Virus record (IMG/VR): IMGVR_UViG_3300043570_002098 | DNA: 64,000 nucleotides | Origin: a virus | Direction: 5' to 3' (one strand) | The notes under the pieces: model-generated | The model's input: only the letters and a program-made list of their open reading frames with translations | What the model was told of the DNA's origin: nothing | Databases searched by the model: none | Shown here: in pieces, positions 26,475 to 34,493 of the stretch | Layout of the letters: every line of letters starts with the position of its first letter | How positions within the stretch are numbered: position 1 is the first letter of the stretch | Program-made: the position numbers and the translations under genes

Positions 26475-26546
26475 GTTCTTGTCGACTAAGGGTTAGGTCA
26501 CCTCCCTTTCACGGAGGTAATACGGGTTCGAATCCCGTCGAGAATA
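26475..26546 (+). tRNA. tRNA-Glu(UUC)
   Basis: GTTCTTG/CGAGAAT acceptor, CCTCC-CT-TTC-AC-GGAGG arm, TTCGAAT T-loop. Confidence 0.93.
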
Positions 26547-26584
26547 CATTTTGTTTATTGGAATATTTTTTGTATATTATCATC

Positions 26585-26935
26585 ATGAAACCGCAGATTT
26601 TTAATTTACTTACATCAATTTCACTTTTCCTATTAGGATCGGTTGGTCATTGGTATATAATGTATTGGCAATTTAAAATGGAAAATTGGATTAAGACTCC
26701 GTGGCCTTATTTAATTGCAGTCGGTTGTACGTTCTTGTGGATTAAAGCATCTCATTATGGTGTAAAAGCGTTTAATGGTGAAATGTGGAGTAATAGATTT
26801 ATATTTTTTGTGACAGGTATTATGATTGCATCGGTTCTTTATCCGTACCATTTTGGTCAACCGTTCACAATGAAAACCGCAGTTCAATTACTGTTGGCTT
26901 TCACAATTATTATTATATCATTATTTTGGAAATAA
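26585..26935 (+). CDS. Small four-TM membrane protein (SMR/DMT-like topology)
   Basis: True start ATG 26585; the track's extension overlaps tRNA-Glu. Four hydrophobic helices. Confidence 0.65.
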   Translation: MKPQIFNLLTSISLFLLGSVGHWYIMYWQFKMENWIKTPWPYLIAVGCTFLWIKASHYGVKAFNGEMWSNRFIFFVTGIMIASVLYPYHFGQPFTMKTAVQLLLAFTIIIISLFWK

Positions 26936-26948
26936 AAAATTAAAAGTT

Positions 26949-27179
26949 ATGTTTATAGGTTATTATGTTATTTGTGTTATTTATTGTTTGTATCAGTTGT
27001 TTAAAAATTTAGACAAAAGATATTCTAACGACCCAACAGGTGGTTCACCAGAATTAGATACTATCATGGTTTTAGTAATGGCTTGGATACTTGCCCCCGT
27101 TGATGTTTCATTGACTTGGATTCGTTGGTATAGGGAAGCTGAAGAAGCAAGAAGAAGACAAGGTAGTAGATTTTTATAA
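26949..27179 (+). CDS. Small membrane protein
   Basis: Two hydrophobic segments, basic tail. Confidence 0.65.
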   Translation: MFIGYYVICVIYCLYQLFKNLDKRYSNDPTGGSPELDTIMVLVMAWILAPVDVSLTWIRWYREAEEARRRQGSRFL

Positions 27180-27345
27180 GATATGGGACTCCGATGGAAG
27201 TCCGCAAGAAGAATAGATGTTTTTCATCCATCAAATATCAATAGTGCTGACTGCTACGGAGATACAAGACAGAAGTGAAGGAACTGTTCCTATTGATTAT
27301 TTTGTTTTTTAACAAAAAATTCCTATATTATTAAAAATAGAAAAT

Positions 27346-27561
27346 ATGAAGTGTTTAAAAAACGTAAAAACGGGAAACATTATTAGAGTTGATGAAAAAC
27401 AAGCCTATCAAATGGCTGGTTCAACATGGAAATACACAACTAAAACAGAATGGAAAGGTATTGTAACTGAATCACCAAAAGAGAATGTTGAAGTTGGACA
27501 TGATATGGGTGGATCATATGAAATTAAAAAAGAAAAAAAATCTAAAAAAGTTTCAAAATAA
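27346..27561 (+). CDS. Hypothetical basic protein
   Basis: 71 aa, preceded by TTTG-N19-TATATTAT. Confidence 0.65.
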   Translation: MKCLKNVKTGNIIRVDEKQAYQMAGSTWKYTTKTEWKGIVTESPKENVEVGHDMGGSYEIKKEKKSKKVSK

Positions 27562-27692
27562 TTTGGAATATTAGAAAACATTTCTTATCTTTGTAAAAGA
27601 AAGGAACAATCAGTAAAAATGTACCTGAAGTGAGAGCGACAAGTTTGCTACACCAAATGGTTTGAAAGTTCTAAAATAGATAGTTCTTTGAA
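27562..27692 (+). promoter_or_regulatory. Bacteroidota-type promoter, leader and boxA-like element for the large RNA
   Basis: TTTG(27562)-N20-TATCTTTG(27586); GTTCTTTGAA at 27683. Confidence 0.7.
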
Positions 27693-27699
27693 TAAAAAT

Positions 27700-28515
27700 A
27701 TTGGCCGTCTATAGTCAATAAAATAAACCATGAAAGTGGGATAAAGTGAGGAGTCCTTGGTTGGGACAAATTGCGGATTCAGTAATGGATCTCGAGTAGA
27801 CAAGTGGAATATCGTTTGACCTGAAGTAGTGAGGGTAACTCCGTAGCGAAATGGTTAGATGACCAAGCAATCCGAGTTGTTTGGTTGAGGTGGGAACACC
27901 AATAAGAATAATCCATAGAGTTCATGTAAGAAGTATAGTTATCCAATTATACAATTGCGTAATTCAATACAATGGTGGTCTTAAAACCGTAGCGTCGTAA
28001 GACGGAAGGTATGACAAAAAACAGGTGGTGCTGTTAGTGTCCTTGACTAAATCCTACCAAGGGTTTAATCTCGAAGGAAACCAAAAATATGGAGGTGGGG
28101 ACACTTCAGAGAGTAGTTTAGTATCGAGTCGTCCAAAAGATGACTTGGCTGGGTGACGAACCACTACTTTCCCAATTCGGAAAACTAAATTTTTATTTTG
28201 GTATAAAAATCATACATAAAAAGAAAAAGTGTTCGTCAGTCATTGGAGACAGGTGACTACTTAGTCGTGAGAGGTTCACGGCCATAAAGGGACTCAATCC
28301 CAATATGATTTTTAAGAAAGTTCTCTAAACCCGCAAGGTTGAAACAGGTCGGCAGATTTGTTGAGTAATAAGTAATAAAAGAGTATCTGATGACTTTAGG
28401 ATTGGTTAATCTAATTGACCGTCATTGATCGGTACGAATCAAAAGTTCGTGGAAAAGGAAAGAAACAAATAATGTTCCTAAGTCGATTGTTAAAACTTGT
28501 ATTCTCAGAGTTTTA
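27700..28515 (+). ncRNA. Large ornate ncRNA, GOLLD-like (~800 nt; ends approximate)
   Basis: ORF-free, raised GC, dense hairpins with GNRA and CAAAA loops, own promoter, boxA and terminator, beside a phage tRNA cluster. Family assignment rests on size and context. Confidence 0.65.
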
Positions 28516-28581
28516 TTTTCTTTGTTTAGAAAAACAAAGTGGTGGTGAATGTATGTAAAACCATACGGCCTATACAAAATT

Positions 28582-28608
28582 AAGTCAGAAGAAATTCTGA
28601 CTTTTTTT
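28582..28608 (+). terminator. Intrinsic terminator
   Basis: AAGTCAGAA-GAAA-TTCTGACTT followed by a T-run. Confidence 0.85.
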
Positions 28609-28624
28609 ATACCTATTTATTGAT

Positions 28625-29218
28625 ATGAACATAATTAAAAAAGAGTTAATAATCGACCACCCAAGTTTTGAAAAAATATCAGACTTTTTTAATTCATATG
28701 AATTAAATGAAAAAAAATTTCCTGTTTCAACAAATGAAACGTTATTTGTTGATCCGTCGGTTAATTCGGGTAATAACCATATCGTAACTATTGAAAAATC
28801 GACATTATTTAATTTTAAAAATGATGAATTAAATAGTTATTTTCATGACTCATTAAATTACATTAAATCAATTTATAATATTAAGATATTATGGTTAATG
28901 ATATATCCACCTAAAAGTCGTTTATTTTTTCATATTGATTATGAACAAAATAGACATTTATTATCATTTAATGAAAACCCAAGATTTTTTAGTTACGAAT
29001 GTGATAAAATAGGAATTATTGACGAGATAAATGAAAAATTAAAAAATTGTAATGATGATATTGATTCGTTCAATCAATATTATTTAAATTTAGATCCAAA
29101 TTGTAAAATAGAATCTTTGGATAAAAATACGGTTTATACCTTTGGAGACTCGGTCCACAATTTTGTAAATGATTCCGATAAATTAAGAGTTAATTTTGTT
29201 TTTGAATTAATGGATTAA
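28625..29218 (+). CDS. 2OG-Fe(II) oxygenase-like (Asp/Asn beta-hydroxylase-like) protein
   Basis: PP......HID and VHNFVN.S...RVNFVF motifs. Confidence 0.6.
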   Translation: MNIIKKELIIDHPSFEKISDFFNSYELNEKKFPVSTNETLFVDPSVNSGNNHIVTIEKSTLFNFKNDELNSYFHDSLNYIKSIYNIKILWLMIYPPKSRLFFHIDYEQNRHLLSFNENPRFFSYECDKIGIIDEINEKLKNCNDDIDSFNQYYLNLDPNCKIESLDKNTVYTFGDSVHNFVNDSDKLRVNFVFELMD

Positions 29219-29222
29219 TTTT

Positions 29223-29253
29223 TTTGTATATTCCAAAAAGTTTGTTATATTTG
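29223..29253 (+). promoter_or_regulatory. Bacteroidota-type promoter, near-leaderless transcript
   Basis: TTTG-N19-TATATTTG ending 4 nt before ATG 29258. Confidence 0.65.
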
Positions 29254-29257
29254 TGGT

Positions 29258-30007
29258 ATGAGATTAGTTTGTATATCAGATACCCACAGCCTTCATCATC
29301 AGATGGAACATCCTTTACCAAAAGGTGATGTGTTAATCCATGCTGGTGATATTTCTAATAAAGGTGGTGAAAAAGATGTTAAAGATTTCATTGATTGGTT
29401 TAAAAACTTAGGTGGTTGGGATCAAAAAATATTCATATCTGGTAATCACGATTATTGTTTTGAGAGGATCAATAAACCATCTTATAAAGGTAATTACGAA
29501 TGGTTAAGTCATTTAATGTCATCTGAAAATTTATCACAATCCGATGTAACATATTTGGAAGATAGTTCATTTAGTATAGAAACCCCCGAATTTGACAGAC
29601 CCATCAAATTTTATGGTAGTCCTTGGCAACCTTGGTTTTATGATTGGGCATTTAACTTACCGAGATTAGGAATTGAATTACAAGAAAAATGGAATATGAT
29701 TCCTGAGGATACGGATGTGTTAATCACGCATAGTCCACCAAATGGATATGGTGATTTAGTTAATAACTGGAGACAACCAAATACAAACGTAGGATGTGAA
29801 TGTCTAATAAATAGAATTGGTGAAATCAATCCATTGGTAAATGTGTTTGGACATATTCATGAAGGTTACGGTGTTCAATACGGAGATAAAACTTTATTTG
29901 TAAATGCATCAATTTGTACCACGGAATATGAACCAACAAATAAACCAATCGTTATTGACTTAGTTGAAATTAACGGAAAAATAAACGCTATGTATGTCGA
30001 AGAATAA
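29258..30007 (+). CDS. Calcineurin-like metallophosphoesterase (MPPED-like)
   Basis: SDTH, HAGD, GNHD, THSPP and GHIHE motifs. Confidence 0.92.
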   Translation: MRLVCISDTHSLHHQMEHPLPKGDVLIHAGDISNKGGEKDVKDFIDWFKNLGGWDQKIFISGNHDYCFERINKPSYKGNYEWLSHLMSSENLSQSDVTYLEDSSFSIETPEFDRPIKFYGSPWQPWFYDWAFNLPRLGIELQEKWNMIPEDTDVLITHSPPNGYGDLVNNWRQPNTNVGCECLINRIGEINPLVNVFGHIHEGYGVQYGDKTLFVNASICTTEYEPTNKPIVIDLVEINGKINAMYVEE

Positions 30008-30674
30008 TGAAGTTGTAAGTGTGGTTATATCCACAAGGAAGATCGATCCTACATATTATGATCATGTAAAAAGAATGTTTTCTCACCCCAATACAGAAAT
30101 ATTGATGTATGAAAATGACGGTGAAATGTCTTTAACACAAGTCTATAACAAAGGGTTAAAAGAAAGTGTTAATGACATCGTCGTTTTCATGCACGATGAC
30201 CTTATTTTAGAGACCTCAAATATGACACCTAAGATTGTTAAGTTATTTGAAAAACATCCCGAATACGGAATTATTGGTATTGCTGGAACCGATAAATTAA
30301 CGAGTGGAAGATGGTGGGATAATCGTGAAAATATGTTTGGTGTGGTCGGTCATATCCATGAGGGTAAAAGACACGTAAATCACTATTCTAAGGGGGTATT
30401 TAACGATGTTCTTAAAGATGTTGTAATTGTGGATGGTCTATTCTTTATGGTCCGTAAAAGTCTCCTAAAGAAGGAATTTAACGAACAGTTTGAAGGGTTT
30501 CATTTCTACGATATTTCGTTCTGTGTTGAAAACCAATTGGAAGGAGTTAAGATCGGTTTAACAACCAAATTTGGGGTCACTCACAAATCAGTAGGTATGA
30601 CCAATAAACAATGGGAAAAGAATAAACTACTATTTGAGGCGTTATTTGAGAAACGGTTACCCTTGACAATTTAG
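29994..30674 (+). CDS. Glycosyltransferase family 2-like
   Basis: YN.G, VFMHDD, GIIGIAG, DGLF and FHFYD motifs. Confidence 0.8.
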   Translation: MSKNNEVVSVVISTRKIDPTYYDHVKRMFSHPNTEILMYENDGEMSLTQVYNKGLKESVNDIVVFMHDDLILETSNMTPKIVKLFEKHPEYGIIGIAGTDKLTSGRWWDNRENMFGVVGHIHEGKRHVNHYSKGVFNDVLKDVVIVDGLFFMVRKSLLKKEFNEQFEGFHFYDISFCVENQLEGVKIGLTTKFGVTHKSVGMTNKQWEKNKLLFEALFEKRLPLTI

Positions 30675-30708
30675 TCATTTTTGATATATTTATATAAAAA
30701 GAAAAATT

Positions 30709-30906
30709 ATGAAAAAAATTATTGATTTAATTAAGAAACTTTTAGGTGCTGGAACAATGGCTGAAAAGGCAGTAGAATTACAACAATTAGAAACTGAGGT
30801 TATTGCTGAAGTTAAAGTTGTAAAAGAGAAAGTTGCGGAAGTTAAAGCTAAAGTTAAAAAAGTAACTGACAAAGCTCCAAAAGCTAAGAAAACTACTACT
30901 AAGTAA
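30709..30906 (+). CDS. Small Lys-rich protein
   Basis: 65 aa with TATTTAT box upstream and hairpin downstream. Confidence 0.65.
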   Translation: MKKIIDLIKKLLGAGTMAEKAVELQQLETEVIAEVKVVKEKVAEVKAKVKKVTDKAPKAKKTTTK

Positions 30907-30982
30907 TTTTTTTCTAACATATAGGTTATTCAGGGTTAAAATTAGTTTTTTAACCCTTTTTTATCTATATTTGTATTACTAT

Positions 30983-31379
30983 GGGGACGCCTGGATTTGA
31001 CGGACGTTGGTATGGTAAATGGGCACGTAGTCAGACATCATCTATGACTTTAATACACGGTGGTAAAAAACAAAAGACAACGTTTATAACGTTATGGAAG
31101 CTTGTGGTTTAATCACAACTTCTACTGTAGCTGTAGCCTAATAGCACACTTACAAATCGGGTCGACGGACATATAACCTAGGAACAGAAGTCCTTATGGT
31201 GTAACACCACCCAGAGTGTTGGAGCAAACTTGACGGCTCTTGAAAATCCGGTTAGGAACGGTATTGTAAGTTTCCCGATATTAACTTACTATTTGTCTGT
31301 TATGAATAATAGAATAAACGTGTAGTCCATCTATGGTACGGCGGATCGGACAAGGGTTCGACTCCCTTCGTCTCCACCA
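30983..31379 (+). ncRNA. ssrA: tmRNA
   Basis: GGGGACG/CGTCTCC acceptor with G3.U pair, GGATTTGAC D-like loop, GGTTCGACTCC T-arm, encoded ACCA, tag frame 31076-31141; TATATTTG promoter element at 30966. Confidence 0.95.
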
Positions 31380-31395
31380 AAACAAAACCCATCAT

Positions 31396-33141
31396 TTAGA
31401 TGGGTTTTTCTATTTCTTTTATTAAGTCATTTGCCAATTCTTTATGACCATTTCTACTAGTGTGTTTGTCAGGTATAGCTCCGTTTGTTTCATCGACAAT
31501 AAGTTCATATTTTTTATATGGTATAAAATTCTTGTAACATTCTTTTTTATAATTTTTTGAATTATAATGTTTTATATTAAAATTTTTATTAATAAAATTA
31601 ATAGTCTCCTGTGTACCATGTTCTAAATTTATAAAGAATATCTTTTTACCGTTTTGATTTAGTTTAATTAATTCATTAAAATCGTTATTAGTTTCTTTTA
31701 AATTAACAACATAATCAGAACAATTATTAATCATTTCTTTTACCTTATCGTCAGTATCCTCCCAATTATGAGTTATCATTACATGTTTTAAATTGATACT
31801 CTCTTGTGACCATATTCTATTTCCAACCATAATATCTGGATCAACCCATGTCCAATGTAATATTTTATTTTTAGGTAACAATCCTTTTGCAATTTTTATA
31901 AATTGTTCAACCTCCGTCCACCAAATTGTGTGTGTTTCTTTATTTACCGCAAATTCTTGAGTTGAACTTAACTCAACATCATCATTTTGTTTTGGATGTG
32001 GAGTAAAAGGTAATACATCAATAAATCCGTTAACATTATTAGCTAATTTAAATCTATTAATTGACGTCCAACCAAATATTACAATATCATTTGGTTTAAT
32101 ATTTTTATATTCATCTATAAATCTATCAAATATTGTATAATTTGAGTATCCACCTTTACCCAAATTTATTAGTTCAATATCATATTTTTTTGCAATAATT
32201 TCACTAAAATTATCCGGCATTGATCCGATAAAATCAAAATACGGAATGGCCCAATTTGATTTTGCATTTAAATGTGATTTAAACGTTTCAGTATGAGAAT
32301 CACCAAAAACCCATAATTTAGGTTTAAGTCTATTTTCTATCATTTTTATTGTTTTCTCGGCAAATGATTTACTACCAAAATAACCAGGATGTCTATCATC
32401 GGTAAAATCTTTTAATTCATCCTTAATTGACATTCCATTAAAATTACAGTATTGATTTACACAATTATAATTTTCAAATTTTAAACTTCTTATTGGATCT
32501 AAATTGGAATAAAAATCGTCAAACGGATTTTTTATTGATTCATCATCAAACCAATAGAAAAATTCTATTCCACTTTTTTCTAAAAAACTAAACAATCCTA
32601 CTAATTCCCCAACATGTTTATTTGTATATACAACTGGGTTATGATACTTCGATAGATAATCTTTTACATCATTCGTTATCCTACCCTCAAAATATTCATA
32701 ATCATATTTAACCCCATACTTATTTGTTGTTTCATGCATTTGGATAGATGATAACTCACCTGTATTATTATCGTTATCATATCTAACGTTAGTGATCACA
32801 TATTCACCTACCTCCTCAACATAAAAATCTATCCTATGTACAGGACTTGTTATTTCAAAAAGAAATAACGTTTTTCTTGCCTTTTTTAATCCAACCTCTT
32901 TAATGTATTCATAAGTTCTCCTAATTAATCTTGGTGCTCCCGCACCTGAAAATGCGTCGTGAACCAATTTACATTCAAAATGATCTGCGATGTATTTTGG
33001 ATATGTAACATCTTTTTCATTATCCCATTCTAAATTATATAATTTCTTATATTCATTTTTAATGGCTTTATCCCCCAATCCACCACCTGCGGTTAATGAT
33101 GAACCATTAACATATATTGTATCGAATTTCTTTAATTTCAT
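31396..33141 (-). CDS. Tandem two-domain SGNH-like protein
   Basis: NGSSLT...DRHPG and FGDSHT...DKHTS domains; start MKLKKFDTIY chosen from alignment with the paralog at 56500. Confidence 0.65.
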   Translation of the reverse strand: MKLKKFDTIYVNGSSLTAGGGLGDKAIKNEYKKLYNLEWDNEKDVTYPKYIADHFECKLVHDAFSGAGAPRLIRRTYEYIKEVGLKKARKTLFLFEITSPVHRIDFYVEEVGEYVITNVRYDNDNNTGELSSIQMHETTNKYGVKYDYEYFEGRITNDVKDYLSKYHNPVVYTNKHVGELVGLFSFLEKSGIEFFYWFDDESIKNPFDDFYSNLDPIRSLKFENYNCVNQYCNFNGMSIKDELKDFTDDRHPGYFGSKSFAEKTIKMIENRLKPKLWVFGDSHTETFKSHLNAKSNWAIPYFDFIGSMPDNFSEIIAKKYDIELINLGKGGYSNYTIFDRFIDEYKNIKPNDIVIFGWTSINRFKLANNVNGFIDVLPFTPHPKQNDDVELSSTQEFAVNKETHTIWWTEVEQFIKIAKGLLPKNKILHWTWVDPDIMVGNRIWSQESINLKHVMITHNWEDTDDKVKEMINNCSDYVVNLKETNNDFNELIKLNQNGKKIFFINLEHGTQETINFINKNFNIKHYNSKNYKKECYKNFIPYKKYELIVDETNGAIPDKHTSRNGHKELANDLIKEIEKPI

Positions 33142-33183
33142 ATTAAAATATAGTAAATTATTATTAAAAAGTATATAAAACAA

Positions 33184-33275
33184 CAAAAGGTCCGAAGACC
33201 CTTTGCCGAGATTTAAAATACCTCCTTTTCGTTTAGAGTTTATCATTTAACGGCGACCAAACCGCCAAACTCTGA
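33184..33275 (-). ncRNA. Candidate small RNA containing AAGGAGGU
   Basis: TATTTAT box at 33278-33284, AGAGTTT/AAACTCT stem, UUCG terminator-like hairpin. Confidence 0.4.
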
Positions 33276-33286
33276 ATATAAATATG

Positions 33287-34492
33287 TTATTTTTTCTTAT
33301 TAATGTGTTCTTTTAAAACTTTTTTTACTGTTTCTTTTACAATTTTAGATTTTTCCGAAGACCTCATTATTTGATCCCAAATTTCTTTTGTTATCAATTT
33401 TTCTTCATTATCAATACTAAAATAAGCCCTGTTGTCTAAACGATTTTGTAAAAGTTTTGTATACGTGTCTTGTCTACGATTACCAAAAAATTTTTGATTA
33501 AGGTCTCCAATCAAAGAATTTACACATCCCAATTCAAATGGAAAACTATTACAATTTTTCACAGTTAAATTAGGTTCATCTATTTTATTATAATCTGTTG
33601 TTGTTGAATATATTGTAGTTTGATTTGGTTTATACGGTTTCTCGTCATCAGATTTATTCGTCGTATCTGTTTTGATTGTTGTGTCCGTTTTACTTGTTGA
33701 ATCGGATTTATTAAACGAATCCTCTTCGGTTTTTGTTGCAGTACCTTTAATTTTATCTAAAAAATTATAACTAAAACTTTTTCTATCTTTACCAAATGTA
33801 ATTTTAGATTTAAACTTACTCAAATCTAAATTTGGAACTAACGATTTTATTCTACTTGTTATATCTTCTCTTGAAGTATCTATTGATATGTCAAATGTTA
33901 AATTTTGACCTTCATATCTTGGATTATCTAACGTACCTGAGACGTAAGAAAAACTATACGAGGATATTCCTAATTGTATTGGTTCATCAATATTAGTATA
34001 TGATGTAGATTCAAATATTTTAAATTCTCCGTCTGTCTTTTTATCGGAAACGTAATTCCCCATTAATGATTTTAATGTATTGTCATCTATATTTGTGGTA
34101 TTTGTATTAGTATTACTAGGAATCGCACCCGAACAGTATTTTGTGACACTTTTAGTCGTCCAATCAAAATCAAAACATGCATAAGTTCTTACAAATGTTG
34201 TTTTATCTCTTAATGAAATGAATTGATCGCTTTTAGGGTCATTAAAAAATTCAGTTTTAATTACTTTACCCTTTCTATTTGGTTTAGTAAGAATATCAAA
34301 TAAATTATTTTGTTTAATATACCCATTTTTATCAGCAGCATTTGGTTTTGCCGATACACAACCCTCTTCTGTTGAAAAAAATAATTGTTCAAATTCTTCA
34401 AATTTTAATACAATATTATTACTTTTAGTAAATTGTGATTTTACCGCATTAAACAATGATAATCTATTATTTTTTCTATCTATTGTCGCCAT
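33287..34492 (-). CDS. Hypothetical protein, putative virion protein
   Basis: 401 aa; C-terminal IVKETVKKVLKE motif; co-oriented with the next two genes. Confidence 0.6.
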   Translation of the reverse strand: MATIDRKNNRLSLFNAVKSQFTKSNNIVLKFEEFEQLFFSTEEGCVSAKPNAADKNGYIKQNNLFDILTKPNRKGKVIKTEFFNDPKSDQFISLRDKTTFVRTYACFDFDWTTKSVTKYCSGAIPSNTNTNTTNIDDNTLKSLMGNYVSDKKTDGEFKIFESTSYTNIDEPIQLGISSYSFSYVSGTLDNPRYEGQNLTFDISIDTSREDITSRIKSLVPNLDLSKFKSKITFGKDRKSFSYNFLDKIKGTATKTEEDSFNKSDSTSKTDTTIKTDTTNKSDDEKPYKPNQTTIYSTTTDYNKIDEPNLTVKNCNSFPFELGCVNSLIGDLNQKFFGNRRQDTYTKLLQNRLDNRAYFSIDNEEKLITKEIWDQIMRSSEKSKIVKETVKKVLKEHINKKK

Positions 34493-34493
34493 A

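Noticed and set aside
25725-26584. ORFs 25725-26006, 26069-26278, 26118-26306 and the 5' part of 26465-26935
   Set aside because: They overlap tRNA genes and are translation artefacts.
27700-28515. rRNA fragment, RNase P RNA or self-splicing intron
   Set aside because: No recognisable universal rRNA or RNase P (GAGGAAAGUCC) motifs and no interrupted flanking gene; judged by eye only.
33142-33246. 35-aa N-terminal extension of the 616-aa ORF
   Set aside because: The paralog at 56500 begins at the equivalent of ATG 33141, and the extension crosses a terminator-like hairpin.
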